From an uncultured candidate division Zixibacteria bacterium (lineage in GTDB: Bacteria; Zixibacteria; MSB-5A5; GN15; FEB-12), in assembly GCA_963735035.1 (NCBI GenBank), contig CAVTJJ010000003.1, positions 32,001 through 96,000 of the forward strand: a stretch of 64,000 bases of DNA, written 5' to 3'. This document shows positions 41,520-51,746 of this stretch, piece by piece. Positions within the stretch are counted from its first letter, which is position 1. Each line of letters begins with the position of its first letter. The position numbers and the translations under genes were made by a program. Under the pieces are notes generated by a model. It was not told the origin of the DNA, did not search any database, and saw nothing but the letters and a program-made list of their open reading frames with translations.

Positions 41520-43526
41520 CTATCGAACTCGGGCCGGCAGAATCACCAGGGTATGTTCGGTCAACTGAAGCCTTCTCTGCAAGGCGAAAGCGGTTTCGTT
41601 GTGCAGGATCGCCTGATACCAGCGTTCACGCTGGAAGACCAATTGTCCGGCAAAGAATGTCACGCGAGGGAACTCTCTGGTGACAGACAGGCAGAGTTTC
41701 TCTAGTTCTTCCACTACGTCGGTTCCAACCATCATGCGACTCGTGGCTTTCATCCCCTGACCTTCCATCATGCCTACATACTTGTCGAGCTCCGTTTGCG
41801 TTCGAAGTTGAAGTTGATCAAGGGGATCCTGCCCTCCTATTGATGAAGAATCAACGATCCCGACTGAAAGGAAGACGATCCCCCTGAACTGGTTCGGGAA
41901 ACTCCTCAACGCAGCGAGAGTAGTATGAATACCGAGGCCGCTGTATCCTCCGACCAGCACCGCCGCCACCGGCTTTGAGGGATCGACTGGGCCGGGAGGG
42001 ACATCGGTAACTGGTGGTATATCATGCAGGGCGGAATACAGCGAGGCCAGCTTGGCGTTGATGGTGCGGTAGTGACGTTTGATCAAGAAGCACAAGCCCA
42101 CCACAGTCGCCGTAATTACCAGCGTCACCCACCCGCCTTCGCTGAATTTCTCGTAAGTAGTGACTCCCAGAATTGTCGCACAAAAGACAAAACCTATGCC
42201 GAACAGCAGAAGTCGTCGTTTCCAAGATTCACCACTCGCCCGTTTGCTCACATAGTGGCGGGACATTCCGAACATTGACAGAGAAAACGTCAGGAACACG
42301 TTGATACTGTACATGACTACGAGGTGAGACACCTTACCCTTGGTGTACAAAAGCGCCAGGAGTGCGGCTGCCCCCATGAGCACGATACCGTTTTGGGTAG
42401 TCAAACGATCAGACAGGGTAGCAAACCGGCGAGGCAGCCAGGCGTCAGCGGCCATATTGGACAGCACGCGGGGGCCATCGATAAATCCAGCCTGGGCGGC
42501 CACCACCAGCAGTAAACCCTCTGACAACAGGGTCACAACGACAAAGGCACTCCCCAAAGACAACCCGCCCGCAACCCGATCAGCCAGAACGGCGTTGAGC
42601 GTCTTACCTTCGACCACGTTGACACTCCAGAGGAGATAGCAAACGCACAACCCCCCGGCCGTTAGGGCTAGTGAAATTGCCATGTAGATCATGGTCCGTT
42701 TGGCTGTCTTGACCCTGGGTTCTCGCATGATCGGCAGACCGTTTGAAACCGCCTCAATGCCGGTATAGGTCCCGCCACCCAGCGAATAGGCGTGTAGCAG
42801 TAAAGCAATCATGCCACCGAAGCCGAGAACTGTGAGTCCATTATCAAAACCGCTTTTGGCATTGCTGACAGCGGCCGGCAGTTGCGCTGCATGGACTATA
42901 AAGCCACCACCGATGAGTACAATGTGTGTAGCCAAGAATACCAGGAAGACGGGCAATAACACCATAATCGATTCTTTGACTCCCCGGATATTCAAGGCAG
43001 TCAGGGCGATGATCAGAAAGACTTCCACCCCCAGTTTCATTCCGTGCCATTCGGGGGGGAGAAAACTGAAGATAGCGTCTCCGGCCGCCGCAATCGAAAC
43101 AGTGATTGTCAGGACATAATCGACCAACAACGCGGAACCGGAAATAACACCAACCTTCTCACCCAGAAGCGAGGTAGCCACAATGTAACCGCCACCGCCG
43201 TGAGGAAACTGCTCTATAATGTGGCTGTAGCAAGTCGAGATGAGGAGAATCGTCACGGCCGTCATCAACGCTATCGGGATAGCCAGGTAGGTGTGCTCGC
43301 CGAGAGCTTTGAACGCTTCTTCCGGGCCGTATGACGACGACGACAACCCGTCGGCCCCCAACCCAACCCAGGCAAAGAAAGCGATTACAGATAAACGATG
43401 AAATATCCCCCGGTCCGACAGATCGCGGGCCGGGCCAAACAGAAATCGTTTTGCGCGACTAAGAAATGGAATGTCTTCCGGACCGTCCGGACTCGGACTT
43501 CCACCGGGTTCAACTGAAGCACCCAT
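41520..43526 (-). CDS. kimA: APC family potassium transporter, KimA/YdaO type
   Basis: ADGLSSSSYGPEE, GGGGY, LVDYVLT, TGIEAVSNG, KFSEGGW, LHNETA; c-di-AMP riboswitch upstream. Confidence 0.85.
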   Translation of the reverse strand: MGASVEPGGSPSPDGPEDIPFLSRAKRFLFGPARDLSDRGIFHRLSVIAFFAWVGLGADGLSSSSYGPEEAFKALGEHTYLAIPIALMTAVTILLISTCYSHIIEQFPHGGGGYIVATSLLGEKVGVISGSALLVDYVLTITVSIAAAGDAIFSFLPPEWHGMKLGVEVFLIIALTALNIRGVKESIMVLLPVFLVFLATHIVLIGGGFIVHAAQLPAAVSNAKSGFDNGLTVLGFGGMIALLLHAYSLGGGTYTGIEAVSNGLPIMREPRVKTAKRTMIYMAISLALTAGGLCVCYLLWSVNVVEGKTLNAVLADRVAGGLSLGSAFVVVTLLSEGLLLVVAAQAGFIDGPRVLSNMAADAWLPRRFATLSDRLTTQNGIVLMGAAALLALLYTKGKVSHLVVMYSINVFLTFSLSMFGMSRHYVSKRASGESWKRRLLLFGIGFVFCATILGVTTYEKFSEGGWVTLVITATVVGLCFLIKRHYRTINAKLASLYSALHDIPPVTDVPPGPVDPSKPVAAVLVGGYSGLGIHTTLAALRSFPNQFRGIVFLSVGIVDSSSIGGQDPLDQLQLRTQTELDKYVGMMEGQGMKATSRMMVGTDVVEELEKLCLSVTREFPRVTFFAGQLVFQRERWYQAILHNETAFALQRRLQLTEHTLVILPARVR

Positions 43527-43579
43527 ACAGGTCTCCGCCTCAAATTTTGTTGGAGAGCTGCCTCACATGTCCGGCTGAG

Positions 43580-43705
43580 TCTCTCCTTCGACGCCTACGA
43601 GGTTAGCTGACGGGCTCGAACCGAAGGAATTGTCCTACGCCCTTACGGCGATGCGCCCCGTGAAACTGGGTCCCCCGTTCCCGCTCTAGCGGGATTCGGC
43701 GTTTT
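43580..43705 (-). ncRNA. c-di-AMP riboswitch (ydaO/yuaA class)
   Basis: minus strand CGCCGAATCC..GGAACGGGGGACCCA..GGGGCGCATC..GTAGG..GAGCCCGTCAGCTAACCTCGTAGGCG matches the ydaO consensus. Confidence 0.93.
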
Positions 43706-43714
43706 GCACCGGGG

Positions 43715-43742
43715 ACAATAGCACAAAAAACAATTATGTCAA
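43715..43742 (-). promoter_or_regulatory. sigma70 promoter of the riboswitch-kimA transcript
   Basis: TTGACA-16 nt-TATTGT with extended TG, directly upstream of the aptamer. Confidence 0.7.
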
Positions 43743-43894
43743 GGCTTTGTCTTGGGGGTTTAAGTTCTTAGATAACAACGAAATGACGCAGGTGCCCACC
43801 GCTTGCGGTGGGTGAAGATTGGGAACTGCTGTCCCTTAGCTTTCTTCGCAATTGCTTGGTGATAGTTTTATAGGCAGAATTTGTTGGCGGCTCT

Positions 43895-44656
43895 TCATCC
43901 CCTCTTCTCGTCCTCATAGTAGCTGTGCCGCCACTCTATGTGACGACTCAAACCCTCAAGATCCGGGTAAATAGTTGAGGTGTTCACCCCGAGAATGTGC
44001 AACTGCTTCCTAATGCTACTAAAGGCCCCGTGAGGAATAACGATCTTGAGAAGTTTTCGCGAAAACAAGTCGTTGTTCTCTAATGGAAGTGGCCCGCCCC
44101 GACGACCAATCTGATGAACCGTGAAGACAGCCGCTTGCGCTGATATCCTTGGTGTGACCAGTCGAGGACGATATAGCCTTGTCTTCTTATTCGAAAACGG
44201 ACCAATTGCGTCGGTGTCTTCGCGATAATCTTCCATAGTAGGTTTCAAGATCCAAAGGACTCCATTCCTGATCTCGCTTGTCCCCTCTTTCCTCTTTGGT
44301 GGCTTGCTGACAGCGAACCACATACCGATTAGTGCACTATAAGTCCAGTCCAAAAGTCGCGTGGGGAGTCCGAAATGCTGAGCAAGCGACAGTATATCCC
44401 ATTCATCATCCATTTTATACGACGAGTGCGCCACACTAGTCCTCTTAAACTCCTTTACTATCAGTGTTTCGATTTTCTCAATTTCCCCCCTGAGTCTTAG
44501 CCTTGCCAGCCTAGGCTGAAGCGATTCATCGGTCCGCTGACCCCGAAACAAGAAATCGGTCTTGTTGCCCAACTTTTCAGACGATTTCTTCTCGTCACGA
44601 ACAAGCGAGACAAACTGCTGCAAGTCTCTGACAACCTCTTCACTGTATTTCGGCAA
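43895..44656 (-). CDS. FRG domain-containing protein
   Basis: LFRGQ, LAQHFGLPTRLLDWT, RISAQAAVFT, TIYPDLEG. Confidence 0.93.
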   Translation of the reverse strand: MPKYSEEVVRDLQQFVSLVRDEKKSSEKLGNKTDFLFRGQRTDESLQPRLARLRLRGEIEKIETLIVKEFKRTSVAHSSYKMDDEWDILSLAQHFGLPTRLLDWTYSALIGMWFAVSKPPKRKEGTSEIRNGVLWILKPTMEDYREDTDAIGPFSNKKTRLYRPRLVTPRISAQAAVFTVHQIGRRGGPLPLENNDLFSRKLLKIVIPHGAFSSIRKQLHILGVNTSTIYPDLEGLSRHIEWRHSYYEDEKRG

Positions 44657-44786
44657 GGTTAGTCTCCATCATCTGAAGCGTTATAACCATCCACCTTACA
44701 TCTCATTAGTAAGGTCCCTTGCGGTTGTAGTTCGCGGGGGGGGGGCGGCGGCAGACCTCATGTACGATAGCAGGGCACCTTGCGGA

Positions 44787-45479
44787 TCAGGGACCTACTG
44801 AGACATCTTGGACTTCAAACCAGAACGTGTACTCATTCACAATGCCTTCTATTTCCAGAGGAAGGAGAAGCCCGAATCGCTTTCCCTTGTTTACTACAAT
44901 TTCCTTCGTCCAAGCGTTAACCGCTGCCGAATCACCCGAGATTATGTTGCGAGATCCTGGCAAAATCAGGGAGGATTCTTCCCAACCACCCGGGGTAGAA
45001 AAATACTGTGAATAGTAACCTTCGCGATAGTAGACGCGTTCTGTGGGCACAACAAAATCCGTGAGACTTTTCTCACTAGGAACCACGCTTGGAGGTTGAG
45101 AGGCATTTCTGTCAATATACTTGACGCCTTCGTGAGTGACTCGACCTGACTGGCCTTCCATGTCGATGAAGGCAGCTTCATCCCAAATGATCTTTATAGA
45201 CCGATCGGTCTTGTTCGTCAAAGTGAAGTTGATTCTCGAACTTGTCACATAGAACTGCCCGTTGAACAGGCCATCTTCGTAAACGAAGCTCTTATCGGGA
45301 CCCGGCTTGATCGTAACTTCTGAACCGTAGTGTTCTTTGGTGGTTTCTTGTCGATCAACTTCTACAAGCGCCGAACTATAGTATGCCCTGACCAGCCGAG
45401 AACCGATCCCCCCGCAACCCATCGCAGTCACCGTACACAAGAAACAGGTCAATATGAAGCTCAAGTTATTGTTTCGCAC
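44787..45479 (-). CDS. hypothetical lipoprotein
   Basis: hydrophobic N-terminus with AMGC lipobox; AAGGAG SD; FTLTNKTD..IKIIWDEA. Confidence 0.75.
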   Translation of the reverse strand: MRNNNLSFILTCFLCTVTAMGCGGIGSRLVRAYYSSALVEVDRQETTKEHYGSEVTIKPGPDKSFVYEDGLFNGQFYVTSSRINFTLTNKTDRSIKIIWDEAAFIDMEGQSGRVTHEGVKYIDRNASQPPSVVPSEKSLTDFVVPTERVYYREGYYSQYFSTPGGWEESSLILPGSRNIISGDSAAVNAWTKEIVVNKGKRFGLLLPLEIEGIVNEYTFWFEVQDVSVGP

Positions 45480-45741
45480 AAGTCACTCCTTGTACTTGAA
45501 GGGTTCGCTGGGCTATCCATTTGTCGACCATGCTCTCGCACTTCCCGATTTCGCCCCGAACATCCGGACAGGTCGGCGAACGTGGCCTCACGCGCTAACG
45601 GGCAAGCAGCCGACCATGCCTTGTGAAGTTCTCGTTCTACGACCTAAGGATCGTTTCATCGTCTTCGCTTAACTGGCGAACCTCTTTCGATAAACGAAGA
45701 TTGCGCGTTGCCGTCCCATGTTTCACAACAAATTCGATAAG

Positions 45742-45770
45742 ATCATATCACCGTCTATCGATTATGTCAA
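45742..45770 (-). promoter_or_regulatory. near-consensus sigma70 promoter
   Basis: TTGACA-17 nt-TATGAT. Confidence 0.7.
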
Positions 45771-45784
45771 CACCAAAACACTTA

Positions 45785-45811
45785 GTCGAAACCACAGGGG
45801 TTTCGACCTAC
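45785..45811 (-). repeat. GTAG REP overlapping the permease stop codon
   Basis: GTAGGTCGAAACC-CCTGT-GGTTTCGAC. Confidence 0.7.
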
Positions 45812-47318
45812 TTGGCCTTCTCCGCCGCTTCGTTCATCTTCCGCAGTGAACTGTGGTGTCGGCTATAGAAGAAATAGATAGCGAAGCCTATCGGCCAGCC
45901 ACACGAACAGCCGCAGCCAGTTCTCCACGGGAAGCGAGAACATCAGCAAGAGGCACGAGAGTATGCCGAGAATCGGAATCCACGGGAAGAACGGCGTGCG
46001 GAATGGCCGCGCGGCATTCGGTTCCTTATAGCGCATGATCAGCACCGCCGCACAGACAATTATGAACGCCAGCAGCGTGCCAATATTCACGAGTTCCGCC
46101 AGAATGCGCAAGGGCAACAGCGCCGCCATAGTAGCTACGAAGAGTCCCGTCAGAATGGTCGACTTCCACGGCGTCCGGAAGCGCTCGTGAATGGCCCCGA
46201 AAAAGCTCTTCGGCACCATGCCGTCGCGCGCCATCGCCAGCATTACGCGCGGCTGACTGAGCATCATGACTAACAAAACCGATGTAATCCCCGCAATCGC
46301 ACCGAGCGAAATAATGAACTGAGCCCAGGGCAAGCCGACTTGCGCGAAAGCGTTTGAAACCGGTGCGTTGATGTCGATCTTGTCATACGGCACCATCCCG
46401 GTGAGTACCAGCGATACCGCCAGGTAGAGTACCGTGCACACCAGCAGCGATGATATAATGCCTATCGGTACGTCTCTGGCGGGGTTCTTAGCTTCCTCGG
46501 CGTGGGTCGATACCGAATCGAAGCCGATGTAGGCGAAGAATATTGTAGCCGCCCCGGCCAGCATCCCCAGTGCTGTGCCGTCGGGAGCGGTCTGCCCGAA
46601 TAGCGTGTGGCCGAAGAAATTGATCCCGCCATAGCCGAACGGCGCAAATGGCTTCCAGTTATCAGGATTTATGTAAAAGGCCCCTACACCTATCACCATA
46701 AACACCACGGCCAGCTTGATGGCTACTATGGTGGCGTTGAAGGTGGCGCTTTCGCGGATCCCCTTGACGAGAATGACCGTAACGATGGCGGTGATGACAA
46801 TGGCCGGCAAGGTCGATCACCGTCCCGGTCCTTATGAATGTTCCGGCGCTGGTGTCGTAGTCAAACGGCGCCAGCGTGAGCGCATGTGGAATCGTTAGCC
46901 CGAATATCCCTATGAAGTCCTGGAAATAGTGTGACCAGCCATGCGCGACAGTCGCGGAACTCACCGAATATTCAAGCACCAGGTCCCAGCCGATGATCCA
47001 GGCGAAAAGTTCGCCCAGCGTGGCATAGGCATAGGTGTACGCTGATCCCGCTACCGGAACCATCGACGCGAACTCCGCATAGCAGAGCGCGGCGAATACA
47101 CAGGCCAGGCCGGCGGCTACGAACGAAAGTGTTAGAGCCGGGCCGGCTTTATCGTGCGCGGCGATGCCTGTCAGCACAAAGATACCGGTCCCGATGATGG
47201 CGCCGATACCGAGACTGGATAGCGTCACCGGGCCCAGAATGCGACGGAGCCGGTTCTCGCCTTTCATTTCTTCCAAGAGCAGACTGAGCGGTTTCCTGGC
47301 GAAAAGAGGGTTTCCCAT
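45808..47318 (-). CDS. APC family amino acid permease (frameshifts near 46810 and 45890)
   Basis: GIGAIIGTGIF, CYAEFAS, GSAYTY; second frame FFAYIGFD, NIGTLLAF; third frame IYFFYSRHHS. Confidence 0.9.
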
Positions 47319-47468
47319 TAGCTAGTTCCTGTTATTTGGATTTGATGCGGTGGTCAGTTTAATCATCGCTATCCGATCACGGGTGGGCGTCCGGGCGCCC
47401 GGAATGCGTGTGAATCTAGGTCAGCTCAGAGCGCAACGCAAGGTAAAACCCGGAGAGGTTTCTTCTCC

Positions 47469-47678
47469 GTGGGCGGCAGACCTCCTGGTCTGCCCCACAG
47501 TCGGGGCACACGAGGATCCGCCGCGGCGGACCGCCCACCTCAAGAGCGACCTCAAATCCCGGTCGGCGGCTTTGCTGGCCGACTCAGACTAGTGCCCGGC
47601 AGATGTCCACATCTGCCGGCTCGTAATGATACAGCCGATACGACCTCAAATCCCGGTAGGCGGCTGTGCGGCCGACTC
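47469..47678. repeat. REP cluster between tandem permeases
   Basis: GTGGGCGGCAGACC..GGTCTGCC, GTGCCCGGCAGATG..CATCTGCCG and a duplicated 38-bp unit. Confidence 0.8.
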
Positions 47679-49139
47679 CGTCTCCAGGCGGCTCTTCCTG
47701 AAACCATAGAAGAAATATATGACCGCGCCGATCGCCAGCCAGATGAAGAATCGGAACCAGGTGATCTTGTCCAGACCGAACATCAGCCAGATACAGAACA
47801 GGATGCCCAGTATCGGTGTCACAATCCCCCCCGGAACCTTGAACGGCCGCTCCCGGTGTGGATCGGTGAACCGAAGCACGATCACCCCTCCGCACGCCAG
47901 CACAAAGGCGAACAGGGTCCCGATATTGCACAGGTTAGCCATCTCGTCGATATTGCAGAAGGCCGCCAGAATCGCCACCACCGCGCCGGTCCAGATCGTG
48001 GTAATGTGCGGGGTCTTGAATTTCGGATGAACCCTGGCGAAATATTTCGGCAGGAGGCCGTCGCGACTCATCGAGAAGAAGATTCTCGGCTGACCCATCT
48101 GGAAAACCAGCAGCACGGCCGTGTGCGCCACCACCGATCCGAGCGAGACCAGAGCAACAACCCAGGTAGCGACGTTATTGTATTCGAGACCGGCCACCAG
48201 CGGTTCGGCGATCTTGGCGCGCAATTCCTGAAACGGAATCATGCCGGTCAGCGTGATAGTCACCAGAATATAGATGACCGTACAGATCGCCAGCGACCCG
48301 ATGATGCCTCGCGGCATGTCTCGTTTGGGGTCGCGGGTCTCCTCCGCGACGGTTGATATGGCGTCAAAGCCGATATAGGCGAAAAAGACCGTGGCCGCCC
48401 CTACCTGAATCCCCCGCCACCCACCGGGAGCGAACGGAGTCCAGTTCTCCGCCTTGAAAAAGTAAAGCCCGACCCCGATGAACAGTGCCAGCACGGCCAG
48501 CTTTACCATGACCATCATGTCATTAAACCGGGAGCTTTCGCGAATGCCTATGACGAGTATCACGGTTATGAACGCCACGATCAGCACCGCCGGGAGATTG
48601 AAGATAATCGGCACCCCGAATAGATGCGGCACGGTCGCGAAGTCGAGTCCCTTCTCCGCGAAAGTTCGGTAGTCGAGCCGAAGCCAATACGGGATATCAA
48701 TTCCGATCGAGTTACGCAGAAAATCGTTGAAATACCCCGACCAACTTATTGCTACCGCCACGTTGCCGATGGCATATTCGATAATCAAGTCCCACCCTAT
48801 GATCCAGGCGACCAGTTCGCCCATCGTAGCATAAGCGTAGGTATAGGCGCTGCCCGAAATGGGCACCATCGCGGCCAGCTCCGCATAGCAGAGAGCACAG
48901 AAACCGCAGGCGATAGCGGTAATAAGAAACGAGATCAGCAGGGCCGGCCCTGCGGGGTAGCCGGAAGATGCCCCGACTGCGGCTTCGCCGACCATCGCGA
49001 AAATCCCCGCGCCGATAATGGCGCCGATACCGATCATGGTGACGTCGAACGAGCCGAGCACTCGCTTCAACTGACCTTTGTCGCCGGTTGACTGAGCCAG
49101 GAGAGAATCGACGGACTTGCGGCGGAAGATATGACCCAT
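47646..49139 (-). CDS. APC family amino acid permease
   Basis: GIGAIIGAGIF, CYAELAA, GSAYTY, FFAYIGFD, NIGTLFAF. Confidence 0.95.
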   Translation of the reverse strand: MGHIFRRKSVDSLLAQSTGDKGQLKRVLGSFDVTMIGIGAIIGAGIFAMVGEAAVGASSGYPAGPALLISFLITAIACGFCALCYAELAAMVPISGSAYTYAYATMGELVAWIIGWDLIIEYAIGNVAVAISWSGYFNDFLRNSIGIDIPYWLRLDYRTFAEKGLDFATVPHLFGVPIIFNLPAVLIVAFITVILVIGIRESSRFNDMMVMVKLAVLALFIGVGLYFFKAENWTPFAPGGWRGIQVGAATVFFAYIGFDAISTVAEETRDPKRDMPRGIIGSLAICTVIYILVTITLTGMIPFQELRAKIAEPLVAGLEYNNVATWVVALVSLGSVVAHTAVLLVFQMGQPRIFFSMSRDGLLPKYFARVHPKFKTPHITTIWTGAVVAILAAFCNIDEMANLCNIGTLFAFVLACGGVIVLRFTDPHRERPFKVPGGIVTPILGILFCIWLMFGLDKITWFRFFIWLAIGAVIYFFYGFRKSRLETESAAQPPTGI

Positions 49140-49229
49140 GGGCGTACCTTTCAATAAAAACGCCGCATGATAGTAGTTCAGTCCGACGGAATCAACAAAA
49201 GGTGTTGCGAGATCAGTCGGCCCGGCACC

Positions 49230-49613
49230 GTGCCCGGCAGATGCCCACATCTGCCGACTTGCCAGATTGCAGGTGGGTGGACCGCCCTATGGGGGGGATC
49301 TCTTACGTGCTCGGTTCGCCTCGGCGAACCCACATCCGCCGGATTGAAATGTTGCGTCAGGTCTTGTCCCTGGCCCACCGGAGGTGGGGCAGGGATGTGA
49401 CCTGACGCGTTGACGTGTAGACATGCTTGGCAGAACACAAGGGGTTCTGCCTTTCGAAATCTCATGGGTGCCCCGCCTAAAGCGGGGCAAGACAGGTTTC
49501 GCGGCAGGTGGGCGGCAGAGCCTGCCCCCGACTTGATCGGGGATCCTAGTCTGCCCCATCGTTGTGTGGCAGTACCACAAGGGCCTGCTCGCCGTGGCGA
49601 GGTTCTGCCCTAC
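49230..49613. repeat. dense mosaic of REP-like palindromes
   Basis: GTGCCCGGCAGATG, GTTCGCC-TC-GGCGAAC, GTTGCGTCAG..CTGACGC, CCCCGC..GCGGGG, GTGGGCGGCAGA, GGTTCTGCCCTAC units. Confidence 0.8.
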
Positions 49614-49633
49614 GGTTCATCCCCCGGCGTTGA

Positions 49634-50392
49634 TCATGTGTGTCGAAGTCGCCGCCGAAACTCGCGGATTTCGTCGATGTCCAGCGTGACTGTCAGAATG
49701 CGCTCATTCGATTCCTGGTCGAATTCGATCCGGCTAAGCACACCCCAGGGGGCCGCCACAAGCGATCTCCCCTGTAGCGGTTTGCCGAAGATCGTCCCGA
49801 CCCCGCAGGTCTTCACTACGAAAGCCCCGGCAATTCGAGCGCCATCGACAAAATACCGCCGATCCCGCTCATTCTTGGAGGGTATGGTATCATTCGGACG
49901 ATATGGCGACGTGGTCGGGACGAATATGATGTCGACCTCGGCCTGGCGCATTTCCTGGTACATCTCCGGGAAGAAGACATCTCCGCAGATCATAATCCCG
50001 ATTCGGACCCCGTCTTGTTCTATTACCAGATTGTCAGTCCCAGGTTCGATACCCTTCGCGCGCTCGCCGTCCACGGGATACCGTTTGCGGTACTTGCCGC
50101 GCATCCAGCCGGAATTGAAGACCGGGCAGACATTGTGCAGCCGGTCCTGATCGACCTCGACGACCGTCCCCCCGACCAGACAGGTGTCTAGTTCTTCCGA
50201 GAGACGGCCGAGGTAATGCAGGTAGTCCTGATAATTCAGCGCTGCCCGGTGAAAATCAGTGATAGAGTCATCGAGCAGCCAGTATTCAGGGAGAGCGACA
50301 AGATCGGGCCGCTGCTTGAAGATCTGGATCATGTCGGGCAGACCGAGCTGTTTGCCCATCCGGGCCTGAACGGCGACGACTCTTACCAGCAT
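49634..50392 (-). CDS. carbon-nitrogen hydrolase (nitrilase) family protein
   Basis: LPEY, YRK, ICGDVFFPE catalytic triad; GRSLVAAPWG. Confidence 0.92.
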   Translation of the reverse strand: MLVRVVAVQARMGKQLGLPDMIQIFKQRPDLVALPEYWLLDDSITDFHRAALNYQDYLHYLGRLSEELDTCLVGGTVVEVDQDRLHNVCPVFNSGWMRGKYRKRYPVDGERAKGIEPGTDNLVIEQDGVRIGIMICGDVFFPEMYQEMRQAEVDIIFVPTTSPYRPNDTIPSKNERDRRYFVDGARIAGAFVVKTCGVGTIFGKPLQGRSLVAAPWGVLSRIEFDQESNERILTVTLDIDEIREFRRRLRHT

Positions 50393-50468
50393 CGCTTATG
50401 TCTCTGTTGTTTAGTCACATCTGGCATACGTGTCTATGACGTGTGAGTTCCCCGGAGTGTTGGGTTAA

Positions 50469-50694
50469 GTCACCCTGAGCTAAGCCTGCCCTGAGCTTGC
50501 CGAAGGGTCGAAGGGTGACATTGAAACCACGGAACGCCATGCTTTGGCTTGCCCGGGGCGCCCAAGGGTTGTCAACTTGGTGGCCCACCGCCTGGGGCCT
50601 GTTGAAAACCCACTGAATGTTGTTGCGTCAGAGCCTGCCCCCGACTTGATCGGGGGTCCTGCGACGCCGAAGGCGGCGTGTGAGCTGACGCATT
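50469..50694. repeat. palindromic repeat cluster (GTCACCCTGAGC..GAAGGGTGAC and GTTGCGTCAG families)
   Basis: nested CCCTGAGC..CGAAGGG units; related copies at about 53125 and 28633. Confidence 0.75.
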
Positions 50695-50716
50695 GCCGTG
50701 AACTCATATTAGATTG

Positions 50717-51697
50717 TCAGCGTCTTTGGCTGTCGCGCTGAGAAAGCAGGTCCACGGGGCGTATTACCTTCACGTAATCCAGCCAGCTTCCCACCCAGCT
50801 TCGCAGCTCGTCTGACACAATCACTCTAAGCGTCAAGGTCGCGGAGCCGTCTTTATGCCTCGTAATGCTTTGTGACGGATGCCAGACTCTTTCTGCGACA
50901 ACTTCGGCAATTGCCGGCTCGAATTTCAGAACTACCCTCTGAGGCTTAAGTCCTTCGCCGCCGAATATGCCAAGACGTCCCGAACGTAGCTTATCGAGAC
51001 TAAAATCCTTCCGGCGTCGGAACGAACTTTCAGTGATAGATAGGGAGCGAATACGCTGGATCGGGAGAAATAGAAAGTTGTCATGATAGGCCACATAGAC
51101 GACTGCGTAGAGGGCGCCTTTGTGATAGAGAATCAGGTACGGATCGGCGTCGAATTCCGAAGGGAGTCTCTTCCCCATTGTCTTATAGACAAAGCGACAG
51201 CGCTTTCGCTCCGAAATCGCGGTTATGAGTCCATCAATGGTCGCTGAATGGGGGGTATAGTCGACATGCCCCATAAACGTCACTCCGAAATAGTCGCTCG
51301 AAGAACCAAGCGAATCCGACTCATGCAGAACTTCGGTTGAAACGAACTGCTTGGCCTTCTTCAGCAACGAGCGGACATCGGTTTCAAGAGTAGTTCCTTT
51401 GGCCACGGCTGCAAGTCGCTCCAGGAAATACGAGGCCATCATTTCCCGGCTGTCGACTGTCATCGGAAGGAATTTCAAATAGGCGGAATCGATGTACCAA
51501 ACCAATTCCCGGCCCTTGCCTGATCGGGTACGAAGAGGGATATCGGCACTCGAAAGTTCGACCAGATCGCGCTGAAGAGTCCGTTTGGGAACCCCTCGAT
51601 TGAAATAGTCATACAGCGATCCGACGGTTACGTCGCGTCCGAGCGCCAGCCTCTGCAGAATCCGAATGATGCGTTCAACTTGCTTTGTCTCAGGCAT
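50717..51697 (-). CDS. WYL domain transcriptional regulator (wHTH-WYL-WCX)
   Basis: N-terminal HTH (KRTLQRDL), ADPYLILY..ALY, IQRI, WCX ERVWHPSQ..WVGSW..VKVIRP. Confidence 0.92.
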   Translation of the reverse strand: MPETKQVERIIRILQRLALGRDVTVGSLYDYFNRGVPKRTLQRDLVELSSADIPLRTRSGKGRELVWYIDSAYLKFLPMTVDSREMMASYFLERLAAVAKGTTLETDVRSLLKKAKQFVSTEVLHESDSLGSSSDYFGVTFMGHVDYTPHSATIDGLITAISERKRCRFVYKTMGKRLPSEFDADPYLILYHKGALYAVVYVAYHDNFLFLPIQRIRSLSITESSFRRRKDFSLDKLRSGRLGIFGGEGLKPQRVVLKFEPAIAEVVAERVWHPSQSITRHKDGSATLTLRVIVSDELRSWVGSWLDYVKVIRPVDLLSQRDSQRR

Positions 51698-51746
51698 AAG
51701 TCAGCGGTCCCTTATCGGTATCTCCGACTTGAAAGAATCCTGAAAG

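Noticed and set aside
49088..49620. short ORFs across repeat clusters (also 31923-32231, 52898-53335, 59358-59806)
   Set aside because: They are translations of palindromic repeats and lack an RBS or protein-like features.
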